Below the pieces are notes generated by a model. The model was not told the DNA's origin and searched no databases. It saw only the letters and a list, made by a program, of their open reading frames with translations. From Planctomycetota bacterium (lineage in GTDB: Bacteria > Planctomycetota > SZUA-567 > H5-PLA8), in contig JBBRPR010000039.1 in NCBI GenBank assembly GCA_038227875.1, forward strand, positions 17,349-81,348: 64,000 nt of DNA. The letters run 5' to 3'. Position 1 is the stretch's first letter. Each line of letters starts with the position of its first letter. Made by a program: the position numbers and the translations under genes. Below, piece by piece: positions 28,312 through 38,090 of this stretch.

Positions 28312-28475
28312 TTGTTGGGCGGGCCCGAAATCTGTTCTGCTTGAAGAGATAATTTTGAATTCTTAATTTTGAATTGCTGTTGCTGCGACGTTATCGAATC
28401 GGACCTCCTCCTCGTGATTCTCTGCAAAATGCGGCCTCACGGTGTAGCATTATGTAGGACATGAGGAGCGGATGA

Positions 28476-30557
28476 ATGCCCATCTTGCAGGACTACTTCA
28501 AAACCGTCGCCAACCAACGCTTGGATGAACGGGTCGCGCGTTTCAAGACCATCGACACGCCTGAAAAAGTGCGCGCGCTTCAGCTGGAGTTGCGCGGCAT
28601 CGCGCGCGATTCACTTGGGCCGGCCACGCTGGCGCTGAGTGCTTCCGAAGCGCCGCCGAAAGTGTTGAATTCGCGCCGCTACGCCGCACCGGGTGTGGTG
28701 ATCGAATCGTTTCTGTACGAAGTCTTTCCAAATTTCTGGGCCAGCGCGCTGCTCTACCGTCCCGAAAAACCAAGCGGTCGCAATCCCGCTCTGGTGATGC
28801 CCGTCGGCCACTGGTGGGAAGGCAAAGCGAACGCGATGTATCAGCGTCAGATGCGGCTGCTGGCGCGTCACGGCATCATCTGTGCGTCGTTCGACGGCTG
28901 CGGTCAGGGCGAGCGCGTGGAATGGTTCTCGCGTCCGGTTCGCGATGAGATGCAGCGCCTGCGCGACGAACATCCGCCCGGCGCAACGGTGCCCTACGCG
29001 CTGCAGGACGCGGCATGTCATGGCTTCACGCTTGGACAGAACGTCACCACCATGCATTGCCTGATCGGCGATCCGGGATACCTGTGCGGCATCCACCAGC
29101 ACGCTCTCACGGCGCTGGCCGGCAAACGCCTGGTCGACGCGCTGCGCGCGCGGCGCGACGTGGATCCCGAGCGGATCGGCGCGTGCGGCGCCAGCGGCGG
29201 CGGCACCGATACGCGTTTTCTTCAGGCGCTCGACGACCGGCTTGCGCTGGCGATTCCCGCGTCGATCCTGGGCAGCGACCGCTCGATTTCTGGCGGCGAT
29301 GCGGACCAATCGTTGTTCTTCACCATCAACCACGGCATTTCGCAGGTCGATCTGCTCATCTGCATGGCGCCCAAGCCGGTGCTGATCGTCTCCGCCAGCG
29401 AAGACCGTCACAACAGCGCGGCGGTGGCGGAATTTTACCGGCCGTTCTGGAACGCTTTTGGCAAGGGCGATGCTCTGGCTTACGGTACCGGCGAAGGCGC
29501 GCACGGCTTTCCGCTCGGTTCTCGCAAACTGGTTGCGGAATTTGCAATCAAGCACCTGCTGGGCCGCGACGACATCATCACCGACAACGAACACAGCGAC
29601 GACTTGCCCGTTTACGGCAACGGCAAACTGCTCGCGTCGTTCAGCGGCAATCTGCTTCTGGACGGATTGGGCCGGGGTCCGCGCGAACTGATCGCCGAAC
29701 GCGTGGCCGCGCTGGCCAAGTCGCGTCCGGAAATTCCCGAGCCCGCCGCGCTACGCGCCGGCGTGCTGGCGACGCTCTGCGAAAGTGAAGCGTCGCTGCT
29801 GGCGGAGGCTCCCGCCGCAACCGTGGCCGACGGCACGATTTCATGGGAGAGCGAAGGTGGCGTGCCACTGCACATCAAGTATGAGCCCGGGGCGAATCCG
29901 GATATTTTGTACGCGCACGATCAGGGCATCGCCGGCGCGGAGCGTTCACGCCTGCTCGACGGCGTGCGGGAGATCAAGCGGCCGCTGAGTCTGATCGATC
30001 TGCGCGGCTCGGGCGTCAGCGCCGATCCGAAGGACACCAGCAACATCTCCATGATCGGGCCACTACTGTTCAATCATCAATCCAGCCTGGCGCGCACCGC
30101 GCTGACGCAGGGACGGACGATGACTGGCCTGCGCGTGGTCGATTTGCTCCAGGCCGCCGCGGTGCTGCAACGCCAATCCGGAAGCGCGCCGGATCTGGTC
30201 GCGGAAGGCGCGCTGGGCCTGACGGCGCTGATCGCCGCGTACCTGAAGCCCGAGGCGTATCGGCGCGTGGTGCTGCTGGGTACGCCGCTGAGCTACGCCG
30301 AACTGGCGACGGCAAATGACCGCGACTACGACTTCTCGCATTTCCTGTACGGCGTGCTCGAACACTTCGACACGCGCGATTTAACGCGCGCACTTCCGGC
30401 GGGAAAGCTGACGTGGATTAATCCCGCCAATGGCAGCGGGCGGGTCGTGCCGCTGGCGGTGGCCAAGCGCGCGCATCGTGGAGCGGCGGTGGAATTCAAA
30501 GTCGCGCGGGTGGAGGCGGAGTTGACGCGAGTGTTGAAGGGGGCGTTGCAGGCGTGA
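28476..30557 (+). CDS. Alpha/beta hydrolase (acetylxylan esterase-like), two-domain
   Basis: LYRP...PALVMPVGHW, GQGER, DVDPERIGACGASGGG nucleophile elbow, APKP; degenerate second half (DLRGSG, GRTMTGLRVVD). Confidence 0.8.
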   Translation: MPILQDYFKTVANQRLDERVARFKTIDTPEKVRALQLELRGIARDSLGPATLALSASEAPPKVLNSRRYAAPGVVIESFLYEVFPNFWASALLYRPEKPSGRNPALVMPVGHWWEGKANAMYQRQMRLLARHGIICASFDGCGQGERVEWFSRPVRDEMQRLRDEHPPGATVPYALQDAACHGFTLGQNVTTMHCLIGDPGYLCGIHQHALTALAGKRLVDALRARRDVDPERIGACGASGGGTDTRFLQALDDRLALAIPASILGSDRSISGGDADQSLFFTINHGISQVDLLICMAPKPVLIVSASEDRHNSAAVAEFYRPFWNAFGKGDALAYGTGEGAHGFPLGSRKLVAEFAIKHLLGRDDIITDNEHSDDLPVYGNGKLLASFSGNLLLDGLGRGPRELIAERVAALAKSRPEIPEPAALRAGVLATLCESEASLLAEAPAATVADGTISWESEGGVPLHIKYEPGANPDILYAHDQGIAGAERSRLLDGVREIKRPLSLIDLRGSGVSADPKDTSNISMIGPLLFNHQSSLARTALTQGRTMTGLRVVDLLQAAAVLQRQSGSAPDLVAEGALGLTALIAAYLKPEAYRRVVLLGTPLSYAELATANDRDYDFSHFLYGVLEHFDTRDLTRALPAGKLTWINPANGSGRVVPLAVAKRAHRGAAVEFKVARVEAELTRVLKGALQA

Positions 30558-30566
30558 GGGGCGTGC

Positions 30567-31100
30567 CTACCCGTAGACATACTCGATTGTGTTGTCCGTA
30601 TTCGGACCAGTGACGCGCCAGTTCAGTAGAAGTCGTGGAGCGTCCACGCGCAACGTTGCGGCATACAGATCCTCGCTGCAGACGTGCGGTTCGACTGATT
30701 TGAAATCGTTCGCGCCAGTCGGCTCGATTTCGAACAGATGTATGGGACGTTCGCCGCCGAACCGCAAATGCTCGAGTCGAATGCGCTGAGATTCGCGCAG
30801 CAGCGTCCATCGGTACACATTGGTAAAATTCAATTTTACGCCGGCGGCGGTGAGCCACTGTCCCGACTCGGAATACACTACGCGTCCGTCGTTCAGCGCA
30901 GTCACTCCGACGGTACCATCACCACTACCGTTCCAGCCGGAAGCCAACGGAGACCGCGCGCGGAAGCTGAGCCGTTGCACGGCGGACAAGGCCATCCACA
31001 GACAATCAATCGGTTCCGTTTGCTGAGCCACGCTAATCGAGACGAATGGCGCGCGGCGCACTTCGCGAAAAGTATTCATGCCATTGTTTTCAACCCTCAC
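30567..31100 (-). CDS. DUF6314-like protein
   Basis: GWNGSGDGTV, YSESGQW, FTNVYRW, LEHLRFG, HVCSEDLY, WRVTGP; start overlaps the AraC stop. Confidence 0.65.
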   Translation of the reverse strand: MRVENNGMNTFREVRRAPFVSISVAQQTEPIDCLWMALSAVQRLSFRARSPLASGWNGSGDGTVGVTALNDGRVVYSESGQWLTAAGVKLNFTNVYRWTLLRESQRIRLEHLRFGGERPIHLFEIEPTGANDFKSVEPHVCSEDLYAATLRVDAPRLLLNWRVTGPNTDNTIEYVYG

Positions 31101-32002
31101 GCCCGCACCTGCCGCCTGAAATTTCCCGGGCTGACGTGGTAATGCCTGCGGAAAACCTTACAGAAATGATTCGCGTCGGCGAAGCCGCATTCGCGGGCGA
31201 TGGCGCCGAGCTTCGCCTTGGTCTGGATCAGTCGCTGCTCGGCTTCGCGCAGGCGGACTTCTGTCACGAACTGCGCGGGAGCGAGGCCGGTTTCCGCTTT
31301 GAAATAATGCGCGAAATGGCTGCGGCTCATCTCGCGGCGCTGAGCGAGCTGCTCGATGGTCACGGGGGAGCTCAAGCGTTTTAAGATGTACGCGCGCGTT
31401 TCGTTCAGCAAGGATTCGCGCGTCGGCTGCGCGTACTGCAACTGATGGCCGAAACGTTCGTACTCCATCAGGAAATCCAACTGCGCCTGCTCCAGCGCGT
31501 ACTGATCGCGAAACGTGCCGTGACTCGCGCCTTCAAAGAGCGAGACCATGCGCGCAACCAGCACGCTGTCGGCGGGAATCTTCAGCACGCGGCCGGATTG
31601 CAGCATCCGTTCGCGCATGCGCCGGACGACGTAGGGATGGCGCAGGCTCAGCCAAAAAAATGTCCACGCGGGCGATTCCGGCGGCAGGAAGTAATCGTGA
31701 TCGGACGGAATGAACGCGGAGAACGCGCTGCAGGCTTCGACGCGCTGCGCGGCCCGGCCTTCACGGTAGATCCCCCACCCGCTTAAGACGTACTGATAGA
31801 TGATGCTGGGATGATTGGGGTCGCCGCCGCGCTTGAGTCCGGACCAGTAGTAGTCTTTGGGATCAGTGCGCGTCTCGTAGCCGCCGTAGACATCGATATG
31901 CGGGCCGAAGAGTTGCGAATGCGGCACTTGGTCGCGGAAGATGCGCGCGACGGTGTCGTGCAGTTTCTCCAGAGCAGCGTGTGCGGCAGCCGGTTCATTC
32001 AC
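31097..32002 (-). CDS. AraC family transcriptional regulator
   Basis: MSRSHFAHYFKAETGLAP...IARECGFADANHFCKVFRRHYHVSPGNFR; divergent from melA. Confidence 0.93.
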   Translation of the reverse strand: MNEPAAAHAALEKLHDTVARIFRDQVPHSQLFGPHIDVYGGYETRTDPKDYYWSGLKRGGDPNHPSIIYQYVLSGWGIYREGRAAQRVEACSAFSAFIPSDHDYFLPPESPAWTFFWLSLRHPYVVRRMRERMLQSGRVLKIPADSVLVARMVSLFEGASHGTFRDQYALEQAQLDFLMEYERFGHQLQYAQPTRESLLNETRAYILKRLSSPVTIEQLAQRREMSRSHFAHYFKAETGLAPAQFVTEVRLREAEQRLIQTKAKLGAIARECGFADANHFCKVFRRHYHVSPGNFRRQVRA

Positions 32003-32139
32003 AAATAGACTATCTTTAGCCGGGACAGACCCTTTTCAAGCCCCGATTGCAGTGTATTTACTAAGGAGAGCACTGGTGACCCACAGGATTCACATTCCGA
32101 CTAATTCGGATCCATCCCACCCCGCGGAGGACGTACGTC

Positions 32140-33696
32140 GTGACCATTAAAATTGCAATGATTGGCGCCGGTTCCATCGGATTTACCACGCGTTTGATGC
32201 GCGACATTCTCTCGGTTCCGGAACTGGCCGACACCACGTTCGCGCTCACCGACATCAACGAACGCAACCTGGACATGGTCACGCAGATCTGCGAGCGCGA
32301 CATCAAGCACAACAACCTGCCCGCGAAAATCATCGCGACGACCAATCGCCGCAAAGCGATCACCGATGCCGACTACATTCTCTGCATGGTCCGCCAGGGC
32401 GGACTGGAAGCGTTCGCGACGGACGTCGACATTCCGCTGAAGTACGGCGTCGATCAGTGCGTCGGCGACACGATCTGCGCCGGCGGAATCATGTACGCTC
32501 AGCGCACCATCAACGCGCTGCTGGGATTCTGCAAAGACATCCGCGAAGTGGCCAAGCCCAACGCGCTGTTCCTGAATTATTCCAACCCGATGGCGATGAA
32601 CACGTGGGCCTGCAATGCCTACGGCGGCGTGCGCACCATCGGCCTGTGCCACGGCGTCCAGGGCGCGCACTGGCAGATTACATCCTGCATCGAAAACTGG
32701 GCGAAGAAGGAAGCGCTGATTCCGCAGGATTACAAGATGCACCGCCGCGAAGTCGACGTGATCGCCGCGGGGATCAACCACCAGACGTGGTTCACGAAAG
32801 TCTCGTGGCGCGGCCGCGACATGGTGGCGATGCTGCCGGAACTCTTCGCCGCTCACCCGACCTTCCCGACGACCGAAAAAGTGCGCATCGATGTGCTCAA
32901 CCGCTTCGGCTACTACAGCACCGAATCCAACGGACACTTGAGCGAATACCTTCCTTGGTACCGCAAGCGCACCGATGAAATCAATAAGTGGATCGATCTC
33001 TCCTGCTGGATCAACGGCGAAACCGGCGGCTACTTGCGCGTCTGCACCGAAGGCCGCAATTGGTTCGAGACCGATTTCCCGAACTGGCTGAAACAGGAAC
33101 CGCCCAAGTTCACGCAGGATTCGCGTAGCGAAGAACACGGCTCGTGGATCATCGAATCGCTGGAAACCGGACGCATCTACCGCGGGCATTTCAACATCCT
33201 CAACAAGGGGCACATCACCAATCTGCCCGACGGAGCGATCATCGAAATCCCCGGCTACGTCGACAAGAACGGATTGAACATGCCCGTCGTCGGCGACCTG
33301 CCGCTGGCCTGCGCCGCGACGTGTTCGGCGTCCGTCCGCGTCCAGGAAATGGGAACGAAGGCCGCCGTTACCGGCGATCTGCTGCTGCTGAAGCAGGCGA
33401 TGCTCCACGACCCCCTCGTCGGCGCCGTCTGCAATCCGGAAGAAGTCTGGCAGATGACCGACGAAATGGTCGTGGCTCAGGCCGAATGGCTGCCGCAGTA
33501 CGCCAAGGAAGTCCCCGCCGCGAAGAAGCGCCTGGCCGATCACGAGAAGAACGGCACGCGCGTGAAGCTGCTCGAAACATCCGGCGCGGCGCGCCTGAAG
33601 ACCAAGAGCGTCGACGAAATGAAACGCAACAAGGAAGAAGCCCGCGCCAACGCCGCCGCGTCGGACAAAGGCAAGATGACGGCGAAGAGTCATTAG
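32140..33696 (+). CDS. melA: Alpha-galactosidase, glycoside hydrolase family 4
   Basis: IAMIGAGS, DIPLKYGVDQCVGDT, LNYSNPM, GLCHGV, GINHQ, TESNGHLSEYLPWY. Confidence 0.9.
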   Translation: MTIKIAMIGAGSIGFTTRLMRDILSVPELADTTFALTDINERNLDMVTQICERDIKHNNLPAKIIATTNRRKAITDADYILCMVRQGGLEAFATDVDIPLKYGVDQCVGDTICAGGIMYAQRTINALLGFCKDIREVAKPNALFLNYSNPMAMNTWACNAYGGVRTIGLCHGVQGAHWQITSCIENWAKKEALIPQDYKMHRREVDVIAAGINHQTWFTKVSWRGRDMVAMLPELFAAHPTFPTTEKVRIDVLNRFGYYSTESNGHLSEYLPWYRKRTDEINKWIDLSCWINGETGGYLRVCTEGRNWFETDFPNWLKQEPPKFTQDSRSEEHGSWIIESLETGRIYRGHFNILNKGHITNLPDGAIIEIPGYVDKNGLNMPVVGDLPLACAATCSASVRVQEMGTKAAVTGDLLLLKQAMLHDPLVGAVCNPEEVWQMTDEMVVAQAEWLPQYAKEVPAAKKRLADHEKNGTRVKLLETSGAARLKTKSVDEMKRNKEEARANAAASDKGKMTAKSH

Positions 33697-33721
33697 TTTT
33701 CCGAGGGTTTGAGCGCACGGT

Positions 33722-33883
33722 TAGTTTTGAGTGTTGAGTTTTTAGTTTTGAGTTACGGCATTGAAAACGCGCTCTCTTCCGTAAAGGGGGAGAGCGCGAG
33801 TTCATTGCGAGCCACTCAATCTCCTGCTAACGTGACGATCTGTGCAACCCAACTCAAAACTAGAAACTCACAACTCAAAACTA
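33722..33883. repeat. Inverted heptamer-repeat arms enclosing a hairpin
   Basis: TAGTTTTGAGTGTTGAGTTTTTAGTTTTGAGTT (33722-33754) vs AACTCAAAACTAGAAACTCACAACTCAAAACTA (33851-33883); inner CGCGCTCTC...GAGAGCGCG at 33768-33798. Confidence 0.75.
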
Positions 33884-33920
33884 TCTGCAATACTCGTTCA
33901 CTAGGGAGAGCAACGCTTTC

Positions 33921-34943
33921 ATGTGGGAAGAACGCTGGCATCCGTTGCGCGAAGAATGGGTCATCATTGCGGCGCACCGCAACAACCGGCCGTGGAGCGG
34001 TGGGTCGGTCGCGCGCAAGGATGCGGAGATCCCGGCGTACCTGCCCGACTGCTATCTCTGTCCCGGCAACCCGCGCGTCAGCGGCGCGAAAAACGAGCCG
34101 TACACGGGCGTCTTCGTCTTCGACAACGATCACCCCTGCGTCAGCTTCACGGCTCCGTCGGAATTGAAGAAGCCGGCGGGCATTTACAAAAACCGCCCGG
34201 CACAAGGCATCGCGCGCGTCGTCTGCTACAGCCCGAAACACAACGTGGCGCTGGCGGAACTGGCGCTGCCGGAGATCCAGAATCTGCTGCGCTGCTGGCA
34301 GGAACAGTACCGCGACCTCGGCGACCGGCCGGAGATCAAGCACGTTCTGATTTTCGAAAACAAGGGCGAAGTCGTCGGCGTCTCCAATCCGCACCCGCAC
34401 TGCCAGATCTACGCCAACAACTTCGTCTTCAAAACCATCGAGACCGAAGCGGGCGCGTCGCAGCAGCACAAGAAAGAAACCGGCCGCGTCCTCTTTCAGG
34501 ACATTCTCGCTGCGGAAAAAGAAGACGGCCGCCGCATCATCTGCGAGAACGATTCCGCAATCGCGTTCATTCCGTACTTTGCGCGCTACGCATACGAAGT
34601 GTTCGTCGCGCCGAAGGAGACGCACCCGAGCCTCGCTGCGCTGTCGCCCAAGGAGCTCGCCGATTTTTCAGACGTACTCAAACGCGTGCTGGTGAAGATG
34701 GACAACATGTGGCAGATGCCGTTTCCGTACGTGATGCCGTTGCATCAGGCGCCGACGGACGGGGCGGACCACAGCGCGTTCCATTTCCACATCGAATTCC
34801 ATCCGCCGCTGCGCAAGCCGAATCTGTTGAAGTACCTCGCCGGCCCGGAAATCGGCGGCGGAAATTTCTTGAGCGACACGTGCCCGGAAGACAAGGCCGC
34901 GGAGCTGCGCGGGGCGGCGGAGATTCATTGCAAACAGGCGTGA
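33921..34943 (+). CDS. galT: Galactose-1-phosphate uridylyltransferase
   Basis: HRNNRPW, CYLCPGN, VFDND, IFENKG...[22 protein letters not shown]. Confidence 0.95.
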   Translation: MWEERWHPLREEWVIIAAHRNNRPWSGGSVARKDAEIPAYLPDCYLCPGNPRVSGAKNEPYTGVFVFDNDHPCVSFTAPSELKKPAGIYKNRPAQGIARVVCYSPKHNVALAELALPEIQNLLRCWQEQYRDLGDRPEIKHVLIFENKGEVVGVSNPHPHCQIYANNFVFKTIETEAGASQQHKKETGRVLFQDILAAEKEDGRRIICENDSAIAFIPYFARYAYEVFVAPKETHPSLAALSPKELADFSDVLKRVLVKMDNMWQMPFPYVMPLHQAPTDGADHSAFHFHIEFHPPLRKPNLLKYLAGPEIGGGNFLSDTCPEDKAAELRGAAEIHCKQA

Positions 34944-34951
34944 CGCATCCG

Positions 34952-36139
34952 CTACTTTCCGATCGCCTGCGGGGCTTCGATCACCGCAGTGCCTTCGATC
35001 GAGATCATGAACGGCGCTTTTTTCGTCGCGCGGTAGTTGGTCTTGCCGCTGGCGGCGCCCTTGATCGATAATTCCAAGGCATCGCTAAGAATTTTCACCA
35101 TCACCGTGTCCTTGCCCTCTCCCTTGAAATCGTGCGTGTACCAACGCACCGGGCGACCGCTCCCGCTGATGTCTACAACGAAAGCCGTGTAGGCATTGTC
35201 CTTAATTTCGAAGCCGTATCCTGTGGCAGGCAACGGTCGATTGGGTTCGTCCTCGTCCTTGCTGTGACAATTACGCACGAAGGCCCGGATGACCGCGTCG
35301 CTGCCCTTGGGAAGGACAAACTGGATCGCGCCATCGATTTTGTCCGCTTCCAGTTTTCCGTTGGTCACTTCGTAAACGTTCTCGGACTTCTTCTTCCAGA
35401 TTCCCGTCACCGAGCTCCACCCCGCGGCCTTTAGTGCGCGTTCCACATCGGGAGGAACCTGATTGACCGGCGGCACAAACGTCACGCCCTTCGGCGTACG
35501 GGCAGGCGCTGGTCCGGACGCATCGGTCTTCGGCGGCTTGGCGGGATTTACCGCGTTGACCGTGCCGGCACCGGCTGCCGAGGCAGTGGATCGCGGCAAC
35601 TTCAACGCAGCGATGGTTTCCGCACCGACTAACTCCTGCTCGCGTAACGCGCCCGTCCGGTCGGCAATCGCGTTGAGTGTAAGTGTGTCGGGAGAACGAA
35701 TGGCGATCTTCCCCAGTTCCTGGCAGTAGTCGGCAAGCAATCGGCGCAATTCCGTCGCGCTTGGATTGAGCTTCTGCAGCCGCCGCGCCGCCTCATCCCG
35801 CTTGATGGTATTGGCAGGACTGGCCTCGCGGCCGAATTCCTGAATTGCTCGATCAAAAAATCGCGCCGCGGATGCCGCATCGCCCTCCGCGTCGTAGATC
35901 TTTCCCAGTTCATAAAGCGCATCGCTGCAATGGTCGTCGTAGATCAGCGCGCGCAGCAGAAAGTCCTTGGCGCGATCGGCCGCACCTTTTGCGGCAAAGG
36001 ATATGCCTGTATCCACCAGCGCCCGCGCTTCTGCGGCCGGCTTGTTGATTTCCGCACCGTGCAAACCGGCCGCGAGAATCGCACCCAGCGCGACACTCCA
36101 CCCGATCCACAATTGTACATTCAAGATTGATGGAATCAT
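34952..36139 (-). CDS. Secreted TPR-containing hypothetical protein
   Basis: Hydrophobic N-terminus, TPR-like DALYELGKIYD...AARFFDRAI, beta-rich C-terminal domain. Confidence 0.6.
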   Translation of the reverse strand: MIPSILNVQLWIGWSVALGAILAAGLHGAEINKPAAEARALVDTGISFAAKGAADRAKDFLLRALIYDDHCSDALYELGKIYDAEGDAASAARFFDRAIQEFGREASPANTIKRDEAARRLQKLNPSATELRRLLADYCQELGKIAIRSPDTLTLNAIADRTGALREQELVGAETIAALKLPRSTASAAGAGTVNAVNPAKPPKTDASGPAPARTPKGVTFVPPVNQVPPDVERALKAAGWSSVTGIWKKKSENVYEVTNGKLEADKIDGAIQFVLPKGSDAVIRAFVRNCHSKDEDEPNRPLPATGYGFEIKDNAYTAFVVDISGSGRPVRWYTHDFKGEGKDTVMVKILSDALELSIKGAASGKTNYRATKKAPFMISIEGTAVIEAPQAIGK

Positions 36140-36178
36140 CGCCGTGCACCGCTCCTTTGGAATTCATGCGGGAAGACG

Positions 36179-36658
36179 TTAGCGGCGCTGGGGGCCCATC
36201 TGGTTGGCCATATCGTCGGCCAGGCCTTGGATCTGAGCCTTCACGCGATCGTGCTCTTCTTTCGACACGTCGCGGCCGTTTACCATGTAGCTGTGCCTGT
36301 CCTTGAAATCGGCCTTCATTGCATCGGTGACCTCCACGCCTTTCAGCAGCGGCGTGGACTCCAACGCTTTTTTCGCGGCATCGTTGACGGATTTGACCCA
36401 GGTTTCGTGCAGGGAAGGCTGACGCAATTGCGCTTTCAGCTCCGCGCTGATTTCCGGATGATGCGCGATCGACGCTTCGACCGCATCGTGAATCGCCTGC
36501 AGCGCCGCAGCGTGAGCCTCGTGTTCTTTTTGAGCCGGCGTCTTTTCAATCTTGACGGGACTGGCGGGGTCGGCCGTCGCCGCGCATCCGGGTCCCGCAA
36601 TGACGGCCAACACGACGACAATCATCGCGATGTGAAATCTGCCACTATGTGCTGACAT
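36179..36658 (-). CDS. Small secreted (possibly lipo-) protein
   Basis: Signal peptide IVVVLAVIAGPGC; GAGGAG RBS. Confidence 0.65.
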   Translation of the reverse strand: MSAHSGRFHIAMIVVVLAVIAGPGCAATADPASPVKIEKTPAQKEHEAHAAALQAIHDAVEASIAHHPEISAELKAQLRQPSLHETWVKSVNDAAKKALESTPLLKGVEVTDAMKADFKDRHSYMVNGRDVSKEEHDRVKAQIQGLADDMANQMGPQRR

Positions 36659-36716
36659 GAGCGCTCCTCGTCCGCCGACTGGAATTGCCCGCGCCAGTGT
36701 TCAGCGGGTCATCCAG

Positions 36717-37997
36717 TTACGGACGGTGGAGCGTGATCGGATTCACTTTTTTCTGAAAGGTAGTCTGAGTGCCGATCTTAAACGAGGCAGATGTGAAACC
36801 ATTTTTGAAGTTCGAATCGATCTGGACGATCAGCGTTTCACTTTCCAACATCATGGTTTTTTTGAGTGCCTTGTTTGGTATGTCGTCATCGACCGAGGCC
36901 TGTTTCGATCCCTGCGATTCGTGAATCGCCAGAAGCTGCTCCAGCGGAATCGCCAACGCAGGGGACGGCTTCGCGACCTGAGCCGCTTTAAGTTGCAACG
37001 AGGGCCGCAAAACGATTTCGAAATCGTCGGGTTCTTCAACCGGGGTGGGCGCCACAACAGCAACCGGAAGCTCCTGGACTGAAATCGTGGGCAGAGGGGC
37101 AGGCGCAGCGACGATGGAGTTGATGAGTGGTTTTTGTGGAGGCGTGATCGCCATCTGTGCCCGCTTTGGCGAGTGGAACACGAGCGCTCCCCAGAGGCTC
37201 AGCACGGCGACTGCAAACCCGCAAGCCACGCGCAGCTTTATCGCGTCCCACATCACGCGGCGCACAACGGCCTGTGCCATCTGCCTCACGGCGCTCGAAA
37301 CCAGATTGTGATAGCACGCATTTCGGATTGATAGTGCCAGCGCCGCATGGCCCTGCTGCCGCGCCGCCACGCATGCTGTTTTCCATGCGACCAAGGCCAC
37401 TGTCGGCGCGATCTGCTGGCGTTCCAGGATCGCACGCAGTCGCAGTCGGCCGCGGTTGATGCGCGACTGCACCGTCGCTTCGCTGCAGGCCAATTCCTGT
37501 GCTACTTCCGAACGCGATTTTCCTGCCAGAAACCGCAGGACGAGCGCTTCGCGCTGCGCATCCGGCAACACCGCGAGCGCCGCGTCGATCGCGCCGCGCA
37601 GATCCCGGCGCGATTCGTCGACGTCATCCAATGAAACGGTCGAATTGCGGTACGCCGCCGTTTGGGGTTTAAGCTGCCCTGCACGACGTTCGTGAACGGC
37701 GCGCCGACGCTGCACTTTTCGAAGATCCCGAGCCGCCAGGCCGGCCGCGCGCTGCAGCCATCCGGCGACGGACGTCCCCGGCGGCAACTGCCTGGCCTTT
37801 CGCATCAGCGCCAGAAACGCCGCCTGGGCCGCGTCTTCGGCGCTCGCCTGATCGCCCAGCAGGCGCAGCGCCGAGCCATAGGTCATGGCGCTGTAGCGGT
37901 CGATCAGAATATTGAACGGAGCCTCTGCGCCAGTCAGCGCATACTCGCGGAGCAACTCCGCATCGCCTCGGCTTGCAAAGTCATCATGCACAGACAT
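36717..37997 (-). CDS. ECF RNA polymerase sigma factor with C-terminal TM-containing extension
   Basis: DAELLREY, AEDAAQAAFLAL, AGWL, LAVLPDAQREALVLRFLAGKSRSEVAQELACSEATVQSRINRGR; TM at VACGFAVAVLSLWGALVF. Confidence 0.85.
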   Translation of the reverse strand: MSVHDDFASRGDAELLREYALTGAEAPFNILIDRYSAMTYGSALRLLGDQASAEDAAQAAFLALMRKARQLPPGTSVAGWLQRAAGLAARDLRKVQRRRAVHERRAGQLKPQTAAYRNSTVSLDDVDESRRDLRGAIDAALAVLPDAQREALVLRFLAGKSRSEVAQELACSEATVQSRINRGRLRLRAILERQQIAPTVALVAWKTACVAARQQGHAALALSIRNACYHNLVSSAVRQMAQAVVRRVMWDAIKLRVACGFAVAVLSLWGALVFHSPKRAQMAITPPQKPLINSIVAAPAPLPTISVQELPVAVVAPTPVEEPDDFEIVLRPSLQLKAAQVAKPSPALAIPLEQLLAIHESQGSKQASVDDDIPNKALKKTMMLESETLIVQIDSNFKNGFTSASFKIGTQTTFQKKVNPITLHRP

Positions 37998-38090
37998 TTC
38001 AGCGCTCCAGACCCGTCTTCCGTCTCGAACAAGACGGAGGTAGGTGTAGATTGCGGCAGAAATGCATGGAATTTTGGCGTCGACACCGCC

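Noticed and set aside
31097..34943. AraC-melA-galT as a novel pathway
   Set aside because: Ordinary alpha-galactoside utilisation locus; galK/galE are presumably elsewhere
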